Source of the DNA: Oculina patagonica
Lineage: Eukaryota
Reading direction: 5' to 3'
NCBI RefSeq assembly: GCF_052425735.1
Contig: NC_135764.1
Span: 32,674,001-32,738,000 of the forward strand
Length of the DNA: 64,000 nt
Positions within the stretch are counted from its first letter, which is position 1, and each line of letters begins with the position of its first letter. The notes beneath the pieces are model-generated. The model was not told where the DNA came from. It worked only from the letters and a program-made list of their open reading frames with translations, and did not search any database. Made by a program: the position numbers and the translations under genes. Below, in pieces: positions 12,986-26,300 of this stretch.

Positions 12986-14528
12986 GTCGCTACCCGGTAT
13001 GTATATTATATATGTGCTGACAGAAAAGTAATTGAACACACAATTTATCGCATCTAAGACAGTAAAAACCATATTCAAAGGTTACAATTTATTGTGGTGG
13101 TGAAAAATAGAATTTGCGCCTCGAAGCCGGAGAGCACAAAGCATCAGTGACCCATTGACGCAACTCACATGAAAAAAAAAGCATTTAAAGGCAAATGAAG
13201 TGAGACCGTTACATTCTTGAACGCTTATTTGAAAAACAAAGCGAAGGACGCCACTTCATCGAATTACCATGAGGTTGCTCGAAGAGCCTTTGATTTTCTC
13301 TTAGTTCGAAAGTAGTGATCAAATTCTTTCTATAGAATGAATACAGATCAATTTCTATGGCAGAATAATACATTATCACCGAAAACGTGTACCGGTACAT
13401 TGCCAGTACTCGCAAAGGAAATAAAATTATAAGGAATTATAAGGTAAATACAAGGTCTTCCTGCTCCTAAACGAATACGGTGACACCACTTTTTTATTTC
13501 AAAATTTAACTTCCCTTTAGGTAAACAACCAACTGGCAAAGTTTGGTTGGAAATCTATGAGCAGTTCTATTTCTAGGGAATAACCTTAATATTAGGTATT
13601 ACATAAAATTGTTGATTGCGTACAAGTTGACCAGCTTCTCTATACTTTCAAAATCATGGGGGATATATTTGGAAACCTACTAAATTTGTGCATGGTACAC
13701 AGAAGCCACCATAATTATGAGTAATGTAGCAGTCAACACTTTTTGAATGCCTTCTGAAACAAGAGCAGAATCAAGTTTACAATAATTATTATGAGCTAAG
13801 GAATGCTTGGCCTGTTTTGACTGTAGTTAGCATTTATATGAGTTACAGTTTTCTAGCAAGGTTTTCTGGAAACCTTTGCAAGTTATTTATTCATTATTTC
13901 CAGCCTTTATTCAACACTTTGTCTGGGACATATTTTAGGTCATTGTTCAATTTAAGGGACGAATCAGATTTCCAGGATTTTTATATGTATCATAATAATA
14001 TTATTATCATTTGTATAATCATGAAAATGTAAAGCGAGGGTTTATAATGTACCATAAAGTGTGCGGGAGAATGTAATATTATCATCAGGGTGATGACTAA
14101 TAAAAGCTGGTCTTTTTGTTCTAGTTTTTGTAGTATCACAAGAGGAAACTGACCTTACTCTGATCTGTAGACTTTGGAATGTGGTAGCCACACTACCACA
14201 CTTCCCTTTGAACAAAATAGCATCCATTATTAACCTCTGAAACCCAGAACAGCATGCAACACATAGACCTGCTATAAACCAATAAAATGCTAACCCATCA
14301 AAGACTAACCTTGTTTTGGGGTGTTATGAATCATAACTTACGATGTTATGGTATTTTGTTCAAAACAACCATCTTGTTATGGTGAATGCAGATTAATTTT
14401 TCTGTGAAAAGTCAGATTTTTTTTTTTTGGCATGGGTGACAACCATTGTTTTGACCAGTAGTGTAGCAGTCTGTACTGTTTGTGGGGCTAGGGGTATCGT
14501 TACTGTTATTTGTTCTATTGTTCTCTTA

Positions 14529-15578
14529 CACTCCTTCTTATAAAAGCGTGAACACTAAAAAATATGTCTGGAATGTTTGTGTTTAGCCAATCACATGCGA
14601 GAACTTCAGACCGCAGAAACCACAAACAGTAAATGGGTTTCCATCGGTCACGGAGCAACTTTAGTTCTTATTTTGTTTCAGGATACACGCTCTGTCTTTT
14701 TTAAGAATTTAAAGAACTGCTATTCTTTCGTATCGAGGGCCACATCCAGAACATGGTTTCAGGGATTTTTGAAAGAAAAAAAGGACGGTTTCTCTAGCGA
14801 CGATATACGACATGGTTCAGTGCATGCAGTATGTTGTAGACATGTCTAGACATAAGATGTAAACAAGATAAACCGAATATAAAATACAAAATTGTGGAGT
14901 TTTCGTTACTGATTGTAAATCTTTTCGGTAGAACAAGGGATTCGATTTATTTCGGCAAACGATTTCAACCCTTAGGCAATTAGAGGTTCCGTGATCGTAA
15001 GACTGCAAACTGCAAAGGCTCCAGACGAAAATTATTCAAAATGTTGGCGTGATTGGTGCAAAGTAAACACCTCAATCGCTCAATCGTTTGATTTTCGCTT
15101 TTCCTTCCCGCTATCGTTTCGCTGTTATCGAAGAAACAAACCTTCCTTCTATCAGTGTTTAGGTCTGCTACAATAGTTGGGGTGAGATAAAAACCGGAAA
15201 ATGCAAGCTTTTCTCAGTACAAATTGTAACGTGCCATCAGGCGAACGGTAACTGCAGATACGAATTCGTTACAATTTTTTAAAATTGGCGGCAACTGGGG
15301 CAAATCGTAGCGTCGGGCGCATCGGTTTTTCAACTTTTTCTATAAAAAAAATCACTCAAACCTATTCTTCAGTGGAGCAGTGAATGTTCTCAAAAAGGAA
15401 GGAATTACAATTAGTGTGTTTACTTGTAAATTGGAGCGAAACGAGAACCAAATATTGTTCCGTGACCGATGGAAACCCATGTGGTTTCTGCGGTCTGAAG
15501 TTCTCGCATGTGATTGGTTAAAAGACAAAGAACATTCCAGACATATTTTAAGTGTTCACGGTTTTATAAGAAGCGGTG
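14529..15578. mobile_element. About 1 kb non-autonomous DNA transposon with long (>120 bp) TIRs and TA flanks
   Basis: CACTCCTTCTTATAAAA..CCAATCACATGCGAGAACTTCAGACCGCAGAAACCAC is mirrored at 15455-15578. Confidence 0.8.
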
Positions 15579-15759
15579 TAATGGGTAGCGAGTCATTCAT
15601 GCAAGACTGTACGAGAGTTGCTAGCTGACCCATTTTGATAGAGAACACTGAACAACAACAGAACATGATAACAGTATAACACCAACTTAACTTATCACAC
15701 AAATTACTCAAGTTGTAAACTGGAAACTATTTGGTTTATTGTCAGACTGTACAAGCAAG

Positions 15760-17334
15760 TTATGTCTCCTGCATCTCGCGAAGTCGACGAACAGCACTTC
15801 TAACTGTGACGGCAGCTGTTGTGCTAAAATGAAAGGCAACATGTCTATTAATGACATGAAGGGGCAAGCAATACTCATTTCTATCACTATTGTTTTCAGT
15901 GGGAATCAAATTTAGCAAGAAAATACAGTGAATTCCCTCAAAGCCACATCACTGCAATGTGGACAGCTCTAACAGACAGACATGGCTGCCTGACTGGCGT
16001 CAATGTCTTTACAGGAAGGCGCCCAAAAGTGTGACCCCTTTTCATTTATTCACATTCTTTGGTGCAGATTTAATCCAATCAAAAGCCGTGGATAGCTTGC
16101 AGTTGACTTCTGATTGGATTAAATCTGCACGACAGAATGTGAATAAATTAAAAGTGGTCACACTTTTGGGCGCCTTGCTGTAACAAAACCTCTATGTTTC
16201 TGAGAGATTTTGCTCGTTGAAGCCAAAAAAGTATTACTAAACATCATCAGCATTATTGAATTTTGTATGGCGATCAACTGACAAAGCCTTAGACGAAACC
16301 AGATTTATAAATCGCATAGGTAAATTAGTGTGTAGAAAGTAAAAGTTAGTTTTTTTTTTTTCAAATTAAGAAAATCTCATGACAGTAAAATAAAACTGGT
16401 ACTTTGTGTTCATTGTATGAATTGAAAGCTCCATCAGCAATAAGAAAATCCATTTACCTGACAACCCAGGCTCCACCAGCAACAGTCTTTCCACATCCCT
16501 TGCAGTGCCAAATGCCAACACATTTTCTCTTTAGGGCTTCCTGTAGAAAACATATAAGCTTACTGTACATGTAGTAATGTGCCAATGTCGCACAACAAAA
16601 GTTTCTGGAAATGGTACACAATACAATACAATACAATACTTTATTTAAAGTGGGAAACATGCTTAGCTTAGAATAGCTAGTTTACAGATGTTCCACTAAA
16701 ATAACAGATAAAAGAAAACTAAAATAGAATCTATAAGAATGTAAAAATATATAATCTAAAATCTAAAATGTTTAAATGCACTACCTAAAAATACTATTGT
16801 GTCTACTACACAAACTTTGTGAATACTTTGAGCAACTCGTTATGGCAGTTAATTTCTTGTTGTTGCACGTATGCAAGCAACAAACCACAAATTTCAACGA
16901 TTTACTAAACAAATCCACAAAAAATGTTGGGATAACTGCATAAACCAATTTTAGACATGTCAACAGCTCAATCTTCGAGTATTCTTCCAACATCTCGTGT
17001 TGTTCTTTACCACAAGTTAGATAATAGAAATTAGTATTAGACTTACCTTTCCACAGAATACACATGTGTACTTTGAGTGCTGTGTAATTTCCATTTTTTT
17101 AACCATTTTTCGAAGTGAGGCACCATAACGTGTGCCATACTTTCCGACAACTCCGACCTTCTTGGTTCTCTTCGCCTGCGGAGAGACGAGGGGCAAAACA
17201 AGCCGAACAAGTCAGAAGTGCAAAGTAATAAATGTACAGTCTAATCAATGAATAACACGGCTGCTATGAAAAATCGTTTTTTCGCCTCGATGGTCATGTT
17301 TTCTTACAAAAAAGAAAGGATTTCAGCTCACCAT
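15760..17334 (-). CDS. RPL37A: 60S ribosomal protein eL43/L37a; exons 17334-17332, 17175-17047, 16540-16458, 15823-15760
   Basis: [24 protein letters not shown]...CVFCGK...[17 protein letters not shown]...AVRRLRE, 92 aa; ATG-only first exon. Confidence 0.98.
16012..16180. mobile_element. Palindromic TA-flanked MITE in RPL37A intron 3
   Basis: TA|CAGGAAGGCGCCCAAAAGTGTGACC...GGTCACACTTTTGGGCGCCTTGCTG|TA. Confidence 0.75.
16618..16800 (-). mobile_element. LINE 3' tail in RPL37A intron 2
   Basis: On the minus strand AATAAA is followed by a (TATTG)n tail, typical of CR1/L2-type 3' ends. Confidence 0.45.
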
Positions 17335-17535
17335 TTCTGAAGGTTTCACAGAGTTGTGAGAAGAGGAGAGAGAGGATTATACGGGAACTTCGCTTCACTT
17401 TTATACAAACGCCTGCGATCAGCAACAGCGGTTTGACATATAAGTCACTTACGACTTCATGAAATATTGTGGCGCGAGGTACAAATTTTGGCGGGGAAAA
17501 ACAAAGAAACGAGTTATGTTCAAATTTTTGCCAAA
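17335..17535. promoter_or_regulatory. Compact bidirectional promoter RPL37A / PSMC3IP with TOP/TCT-like pyrimidine tract and E2F-like sites
   Basis: Minus-strand CCTCTCTCTCCTCTTCTC at about 17358-17375; TGGCGCG at 17470 and TTTTGGCGGGGAAAA at 17486. Confidence 0.6.
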
Positions 17536-20500
17536 ATGAGTAAAAAATCTGAAGAGGAAGGTATATATAAATGAATTGAATAGTTCACCTGTTTACTTTT
17601 AATACAGATCTATTTCAACCTAAGAATTTTGCACTATTTGCAGCATCAGATGCAGTGTTAGCTTATCTCACAAAACAAAACAGACCCTACAGCGCAGGTT
17701 GGTCAATCTTTTGCTTTAATACTTGCTTCAAGGTAAAGATAAGATACGCTTCAAAAAACAAGATTACGCAAGCTCTTACACAAGCTCTATTCTAAGATAA
17801 GATTCTATCTTGTACTTTACGTAGTGCAGTAGTCTTTTCAGTTTTGTTTCCTGTCTGTTTATGTTAGTCTAGCTATGTTAGTGCTTCTAGGCCACGTTCA
17901 AACTTGGTAACCAAGCACTAGTGCCTGGGCACTGGCTAGTACAATCAGAGTGGTGCTGTGTGAACGTTTAGACACAGTGTATCCAAGCGCCCAAGTACCC
18001 TTTAGTGCCCTAGTACAGGGCATTGACCTTGTTCTCGGGTACTGCCACTGTGTTCCAATTCTGGTGTGGGTACTTGAAAGTGTTGTGTTCACACTAGCAT
18101 TAGAATGATACTTTGGCACCAAGCTCATAAACCAAGGGTGAACATAGCCTTATGCGCTTTTTTTGCAGTTGACATTTTCTCAAATCTACACAAAGAGTAT
18201 GGGAAAACGGTGAGCGTTGAATTGTTTCTCTTTGTATCATAATCACAAAGCTCTCTTACATGTCACTTTTTTGCTCCTTATAAGGCATCAGAATGCCATA
18301 ATTTTGACCACTGCTACCACTGCCAATATTTTGTTTATTTTTTATTGAAGATTTAATAGATTTCTTAATGCCAATTTACACGGTACGATTTTGTCGCATG
18401 CGAAAAGCTTACGACACACCTATGACATGACTTAGGACCATTATTTTTATTTACACAACACATCCTGTGTCATAGGCATGTGGTAAGCATGTTGCCACCA
18501 TGTTGCATGCAACAAAATCGTACCATGTAAATCAGCCTTAAGAATGGTAACAGACCTCTTTAGTTAGGTTTGTTTGCTGTCTCATTTTAGACCATGTGAT
18601 GCTACACTTGAAAATTATCTCTTTCAAATTCAAACAAATTCATGTGTAAATGAATGAACAACTGCTTTCAGATGGACAAAGGAACAGTTCTCTGGAAAAT
18701 ATCACGTGATCTAAAATGGGCAATTTTCATAGGTAGCTAAAGAGGTCTATTACTCAATCAGTGGACTTTGAAGTCAACTCTTAGTAATATTCCCAGCAAC
18801 ACAATTTATAAACCTTTAATAATTATAATAAATTGTATTTATAATAGTTATATGCTTCTTATTGCCAGGCTGTACAGAGGAGTCTAGAAAAACTTGCAAG
18901 TAAAGGCATTATAACTGAGAAGATTAATGGAAAACAAAAAGTCTATGCACCTAAGCAGGTGAGACATCCTGAAATTTAATATAAATTATTATTGGACCTT
19001 ATTAATTTCAGCAGGATTTAAGTTCTATTTCAGCCTTAGGGTTAGGCCCCTTGTGACATCCCTGGGTGCCCATAATTATTATGGACACCCAGGGTTGTCA
19101 CTAAGGGCCAGCTGCCGGCTTATTTAACCGGCTGAAATAGAACTTAAATCTGGCTGAAATTTCACATGAAAACAAAGACTTAGGTAAACGTTTAGAGCTG
19201 CTAAGGCCAGAAAAGCCAGCTGTGCTTGTTGATGAGCCAGCTTAGTGTTTTCTTAGCTTCATCCCTGGGCACTGAAGGGGCACAGCCGAGTGTCCACATT
19301 ATGAAGGTGTCCATATTATAGATTTTTCGTTGAGAGGAAGTGTGAGTGTACAAAGAAGTAAATCAAGAATAGCGCTAAGCATTGATTTATTTCTAATCAA
19401 TAGTTTTGTTTTGCTAAAATAAATTCCAGGATCAGTTTGGAGATTATGATGAAAATGAGATCAAGAAAATTGATGGAAACATCACTATATCCACAGAAAA
19501 GTTAAAGAAATTACAGGAAACTTTGAAAAATCAAGAGTCAGGTATTTCTGCAGTGGGTTTGTAATTAACTTGTTATCAGATAGTAAAATAGCAAATTTAA
19601 AAGAAAATCAAACAATAACATGAGTTTGTGATGTCACTGTAGCACCAGGAAGTACTAAATAATTACTGATGGAAAGTGAAGTGAAGGTGTATGGGTAGCT
19701 AGTGTAGTAAGCATTTCTGTACAAATGAAGAGTTTTCCACATTTTGGCTATGCAAAAATTGGAGCGAAAGGAAAAAAAAATAAAACAGGAGGGGGAGGGG
19801 CTTCCTATCCCTTCCTTGTTCCTCAGTTTTCATGCAGCCAAAATGTGGGAATGCTTGCTATGCAGGCTAAGATGAATGTAAAAATAAAATCCATTTCCAA
19901 ACATAGGAATTACAGTAGCCAGATGGCTTATCATTGTCAACATTATCTCTGATATCTGTAGCAATGAATTATTGTCAGTCTGCCCCAATACTTTTTTATT
20001 TAGTACTCATTTATTAATTACTGCTGGGGCAGAGAGATACTTTGAGAATGAAGTCTCTTGCCAAAAAACACAACACTATTATTAATGACTTCAGCCAGTG
20101 AATAAAGCTAGACCACTTGTTCTGGAGTCAAACATGCCAGCAACTGTGATTTGGCCTCCAGTCATCTTCCTTTTCTCAGAATATACAACAGATATAATAA
20201 TTATTTTTAAGTGTTATATTTCTATTTATTACATGTTGTTTGTGACCTTGTTCCTAGAGTTGCGTAGTGTCAACAGTACATTGACAACCAAGGATGCAAA
20301 AGCTAGATTGGCAGAACTGACCACACAGGTATTCAGAAGCATGATAATAAGCATGTATTTACTCGATAAGCGCCGCCCCCGCCCCCGTTTTGGGGAAAAT
20401 CCCCTGTTTTTTTTATTTGCCCCCCCTAAGCATTATGAATTAGGCAAAGTTATAGCCTGGGCCGGGAAGGAAGTATCTTTTCAAGGTCAATTCTGTTGTA

Positions 20501-22302
20501 CATGTACAGCAATATCTTAATTATAATCCATTCACCATTAAACACTTGGTTTACAGTCATGTAACAGTTTCAAGACAACCTTTTTCTTTCTGTATCAAAG
20601 AAGCAATAAATACTAGTTCTGACATCAGTGCACTAATATCAAGGTGGAAAAATGGTTTTGCAGCTGCAGTTGAAGGCTTTTTCAGGATTTATTTTGAGTC
20701 TTTTTAATCTGTGGCCAACACTTGAAGTAAAAACTAAGAAATGCATCCTCTTCACTTTTAGTGTGACAGATACCAGGAACGAATCAAGAATATCAAGTCT
20801 GGTAAGAATGAACATCACAACTGAATAACTTGCTGGGGATAATTTGTAGGTGTCCTAAAGGACAATAGCCCAGAAAAAGGTTAAAAGGTAAATTGTTACT
20901 GTGCACAGCCAGGAGAAATATAGGCTTCAGACCTGCCAACTTCTGGTCTATACTGTCTTCCTAAATGACATAACCACACATAGATGTCAAAGTGAAAGGA
21001 AACTTCTGTAACAATGTAAAAATAATAAGGGAATTCTGAAAGGAAAAGAGTTTGTGCTGTCAAATGGTTTTTTTTTCTGTACAACTGAGTAATGTTTTGA
21101 AGAATTTACAAGGGCATTTAAAAAGCAAAAATAAATTGTATATCTTATTGTTGCAGTTTTATACTTCACTGTAAACATGTATTCATGTGTATTTACCGGT
21201 AACTGATCTTTTTTCTTAGCGGCAAATCACGTCACTCCAGCAGAAAAAGATAAGGTGAGATCATGGATGCAACCTTATTTCCATTTTTGGTAAACATTTG
21301 TCTGTCAAACTACAGTGGAACCCTGCCTTAGTTATGGCCTGCCTCACAAAAACCAAAGCTCGGTCATTACCTTACTTAAAAAACCTTGTCAATACAGCCA
21401 GATTTTTTTAACCTTTGGTGACCAGATTGATGGGGTTCCACTGTAGTTTAAATGGTAATTTTGCTATTTTCATTATATTTAAACCCAATTCTAAATTTAC
21501 TTTGTTTTTTGATAAAGATCTACAAAGAGCACAAGCAATTTGTACAGACGTGGAGAAAAAGAAAACGAATGGTAGGGTAGTTTCTCTTCTTATAACAAGA
21601 TCGATAATTTGTAACTAAGCTGTTTTTCTTTAAGCGGGTATGTTAGGGGCAACTTTCTCTCACAGTAACCAAAAGCAATACAGCACAGTTGCAAATTGCC
21701 TTCTTCACAGCTTCCATTCAACTACCTAGCATCATAGGCATAAAATGCATGCAGACGACCATGTAGCTGCAGCTCTCAGGCTTACAGTACTACCTTTAAT
21801 TTTTAATATTCACTTTGTTGTCTGATGTCATTTTTCTTCAACATATAGGCAACTGATATTTTAAATGGCATCCTTGAAGGATATCCCAAACCAAAGAAAC
21901 AACTCATTGTAAGTTTAAATTTATTTGTGTAAAGTTTTTTTTTCAAAATAATAGTCTCTGCCATTAGCCTGGTTATTTTGTTGAAGATAATTTCAAAAAT
22001 ACATTTACAGCAAAATACTGGGCCCGGTTGTTCAAAGGGTGGTTAATGCTTTCCACTAGATAAATTGTTACCCAGTGGATAGCGTAGTATGTTTTGTCAA
22101 CACTTATCCACTGGATGACAGCCGTTTATCCAGCAGTGGATAGCGATATCCACCCTTTGAACAACTGACCTGCTTCACAACCATCCCTGAGTGGAAAAAC
22201 CACTTCATTATAACTGACACAATCTTCCATTTGCTTGCCTTGCAGGAAGACATCGGTATTGAAACAGATGAAGAGTATGGTGCAGTCATACCAGACAGTT
22301 AA
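17536..22302 (+). CDS. PSMC3IP: Homologous-pairing protein 2 (HOP2/TBPIP); 11 exons: 17536-17560, 17644-17697, 18169-18209, 18869-18958, 19430-19541, 20258-20328, 20762-20801, 21220-21254, 21518-21571, 21849-21908, 22246-22302
   Basis: YLTKQNRPYSAVDIFSNL, EKINGKQKVY, WRKRKRMATDI, GIETDEE; all phases consistent. Confidence 0.95.
17890..18149. mobile_element. Harbinger-type MITE in a HOP2 intron
   Basis: Imperfect TIRs GGCCACGTTCAAACTTGG / CCAAGGGTGAACATAGCC. Confidence 0.5.
18369..18537. mobile_element. Harbinger-type MITE in a HOP2 intron
   Basis: ATTTACACGGTACGATTTTGTCGCATGC / GCATGCAACAAAATCGTACCATGTAAAT inverted pair. Confidence 0.6.
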
Positions 22303-23320
22303 ACTGTTTAGTATTGTACAGTAATTTATTTTATATTTGATATATATGTTATAAGTCTATATGTTACAGTGAAGGAGTTCTGTAAACTCATGTTCAAAGG
22401 CCTCTTTATTTTGCTTCAGTCTATTATTCCCATCAATTTGTTTCAGGTCATTTAATGTTGGTGAAAAAGCAGATGCTTTATTCTAGTGATGTAATTGAAA
22501 CAGTAGCTAGGCAAGCTTTTAGCCAAAAGAATGTCCTCATGCCGTGTGTACTTAAAACAATCAAATTCCAGAAGATAAGCCAAATGCCTGTTTGAGGACG
22601 TCAGTGCCCACACAACACGACAAGTCACAGGGACATGTCTTGGTAACAAATCACACAAATTCTTGTTAACAACAGTACAGTGGAACCTCAAATTAACAAA
22701 CTTCTAAATACAAAGTCTTGGTATAACAGGAACATTCTTCACCCTAGTAATAGTTAAATATTAAATAGGTAAGAACCCCGATACAATGAAACCCTCTTTA
22801 TAGCGTTGGAACACAACTTATTTGCCAGTCCCTTAGGCCCTTTATTATATCATCGAGGTTCCACTATACTGCAACTATGACATAAAAGAAATCATACACA
22901 CAGTCGAATCCCTGGTTAAATTTTTATTCATATACATGGTATATAATGTTAATGACGAGCTACAATGTAAGATGACTGTTTCACGTTGTCCACAATTTCA
23001 TTTTCTACTGTCATGATTTTTGTAATCCTTTTCTTGCTTGTAGAAAGCCCTTAATTTACATGAAAACCTTAAAGGAAGTTTTCGATTTAATTAACTTTAA
23101 GTTAGTATTTAAAGACCTTAAAAATATGTTGGAGTATTTCTGCTCATTTGAAACTTTGACGTAATTAATTTAACATTTGGGATTATTTTACCTTAAATAA
23201 TTTGCTCCTAGAAAGTTACATGTAAACTTGTACATTCCTTGTGCAACATTGTTTGTGAGACTAATACCTTGGTAAAATAGTTTAAAAATAAAGATGTGAT
23301 CATCATATTTGTTGAGCTAT

Positions 23321-26300
23321 TCATTCCGTCACCCATACATAATCCAAAAGCTTCATAACATTTTCATAGAAGGTGAAGACAAAGGCAACGTCAAAGCACA
23401 CTCTGCCAAGACGGGGCACTGTTCCTTTGTAAAATCTGTTTAAAAAAATGCATGTACTTTTAAAATCCAGAAATTACAGAAGTTGACAAAGATGTGTTTA
23501 CAATTATTATACATATAATGTTCATTGTTTCAGCAACAAGTGTGGCTATTTGTTCAAATTAAACTATTAGTCATTCAATTTCTTCAGACCTCTCCCCACT
23601 TTAAGCATTGATGCAAAGATAAGAGGAAGTACATTTTTAGTTTCTTGACTATAATTTTTGATTAGTAAAGAAAGGAGGATTGTCTCAAATTTTGAAAAGG
23701 GAAAAAACTAATAATATTTTTCTACTTACGCTTTCAGCCCTTCATATTTGATAATCCTCATAACGCAATCTAAAGTGTTCTTGTATTTGTGAGCGTCCAG
23801 GCCCTGCAACCAAGACAAGGAACTGCATTAATCCTCTCATTCATCACAAATGACAAATTGTATCCAAATTAATTTTAACAATTTATTAACATTGAATCTA
23901 CTCTGACACTAAACAAGAAGCTCTAAATGAGAGGGTAAAATCTGACACATAATATAACACAAAACCTGTGACTCCACNNNNNNNNNNNNNNNNNNNNNNN
24001 NNNNNNNNNNNNNNNNNNNNNNNNNNNNNNNNNNNNNNNNNNNNNNNNNNNNNNNNNNNNNNNNNNNNNNNNNNNNNNNNNNNNNNNNNNNNNNNNNNNN
24101 NNNNNGACGGGTTTCGTAAAAGCTCTGACTTTTGCCAAAAGGGTTAGAAAGAAATGGCAATGTGTAGTTTGCCCCCCAGCCCAACCCACACCCCCACCCC
24201 TCTCACCCACAGCAAGTAAGGACTGACGAAGTCTGCATATACATTGTACAGTGTGCTAATTAAGGGTCCCATACAGCTGAAGCTTATCCTGATTTCTGTA
24301 GCCAATCACAGGGTCAGTACTGCATCAAATATGAAATAGCTGTTTATACAACTGGCTGGAGAGAGGCACTGTGAGCGTTATGTGCCTTGCCTAAGAACAC
24401 AAGGCTATGACCTGGCCAGGGCTAGGACCGTACCTGGACATTTTGATCCAGAGTCCAGTAGCGCTAACCACTAGGCCACCAAACCTCCCATCTTACCACA
24501 GCAGAGTATCACATAAATGAGTTGCAACAAACCTGCATCCTCGTTTTTACGACATCAACTGGAGTGTTACCAAAGACACTAGCAGCACCAGCTATACCAC
24601 CGATGATAAATGTTTTTATAGAACCAATGTCCACACTCGGGTCTCCTTCTTGAAGGTAACTCTTCAGGTTGGTATACACAAAGAAACGGATCATCTGATT
24701 GGTCCCTTGTTTTATCACTGTTGCCGTTAAACCCTTGTATACTCCACCCAATCCTAAAAGACATTGTACACATGAGTACAAATCAAGTCATTCAAGTCAA
24801 TCAGTTCAGCTCTATGAAGCTAACACTCTTCCTGACAATCCAATTCTAACTCAAGCTGACATTTCTCATACATGTAGAACACAATTTTCTACAGTTCATG
24901 TAACCGTAATTTTTTTTATTTATTACAACTGTAACAACAAATGTTATGTTTACGGTGCATTTTATCAATAATTTACACAATTTGCCAACCAAAATGGGGA
25001 ATCTATTTCAAATTGCCAAAAAAGATGGCGCCTGATACATGTACATTTACCTATAACCTTCTTAGCCCGCAAAAACGCTAAAAACTCATAAAAATGCACA
25101 GAAATACTCTAAAATCTTCAAACCCTTCATGGACAATGTTAAGTACAAGGATGAATTTTGCAGAAATGTGGCTGTCTTTGAGCCCTGTTGGCTATCTTAG
25201 GTTTGTATATTGCGGTAAAATGTACAGCCACCATCTTTTTCCGTACGGTGGATTGTGTAAACCTTGGAAAAGGATTGATATCTACAGCGCACTTTTCCGA
25301 GTTACTGATTTTCAGTAGTGTATGTGGAAACATTACAAATTGTATGCAACAGTTTCTACAATAAATGAAGTTAAGGAGGTAATAAGCATGCTCAACCTTT
25401 TTCACAAATGCTGTCTTACCTTCTGTTTTAACTATTGTTGAAACACCACTGAAAAATCCCTTAAATTTTGGATTTGCCTGCGTCTGATCATGAATAAACT
25501 TGACTTTGACAGTTTCCATGGGGCACACTATAACAACAGCCTCTGTCATACCAGCACCTAACCCACACAACAGCGTCTGCACCTGTGTTAGTTTACCCTT
25601 GTCATCTACCATGTTGTTTTTTAGATATTCGAATGTCGCAAATCTACAGTGTGAAAAAGATATTGTTGGGTGATTAGTACATGTGAGGGCTGTATAAATA
25701 TTTGTTAAGCAGCTGTTAGATAAACAGGTATAAGCCAAGGAAACATTTATGATTTAGTGTCTAAGAAAAGGGAGAGGCTCACAACCCTCCAAGGAAAAAT
25801 TTATTTTTGGTGTCTGAAAAAGGGAGAGGTGACAACCCTCCAAGTTAAGACTATTTTAGTTGCCATGGTGACTAAAATTTTGAAGCTAAGAAACAAATTA
25901 AAACCAAAGTCCTACCAGCCTGGACGACTTACATTCAGAAAAGATGGTTTGCAAGAAAAGCTTGAGCTTTAACTTTAAGGCCATCCCAATAAAATGTTTC
26001 GTTTCACAGGCCCGACCAAACTTATTTTTCGGTGTCTAAATGGCCACAAGGAAAAAAATTCCAGAGTTACTAGTTTAGAGGCATTTACTTTTATTAAGCA
26101 AGGAAAATTTAAGTCCTTATTGAAATCAATTGGTCTGATGTTGATGTACACTTGTCTCTAATAGTAAAATGATACTAATTATAATAATAGATTAGTACTT
26201 CAATTCGTTAAGTGCATTAACGATTGCTTCCATCATTTTTAGCCGTAGAGGGATCTTAACATCTAAAGGCCTGGTTCTGCATCTCGCTGGCATTCTATAT

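Larger units (their letters stand above)
10590..13215. repeat. Composite repeat with diverged internal duplications, hosting two 9-bp-TSD insertions
   Basis: AATAGAATTCGC..CGAAGCC.GAGAGCA..ATCAATGA recurs at about 11017, 11327 and 13106; TCACGTCATCCGTT at about 11150 and 12813. Confidence 0.55.

Noticed and set aside
15830-17040. Possible intronic snoRNAs in RPL37A
   Set aside because: Some hairpins are present but I found no convincing C/D or H/ACA box pair by eye; snoscan, snoGPS or Infernal would be needed.
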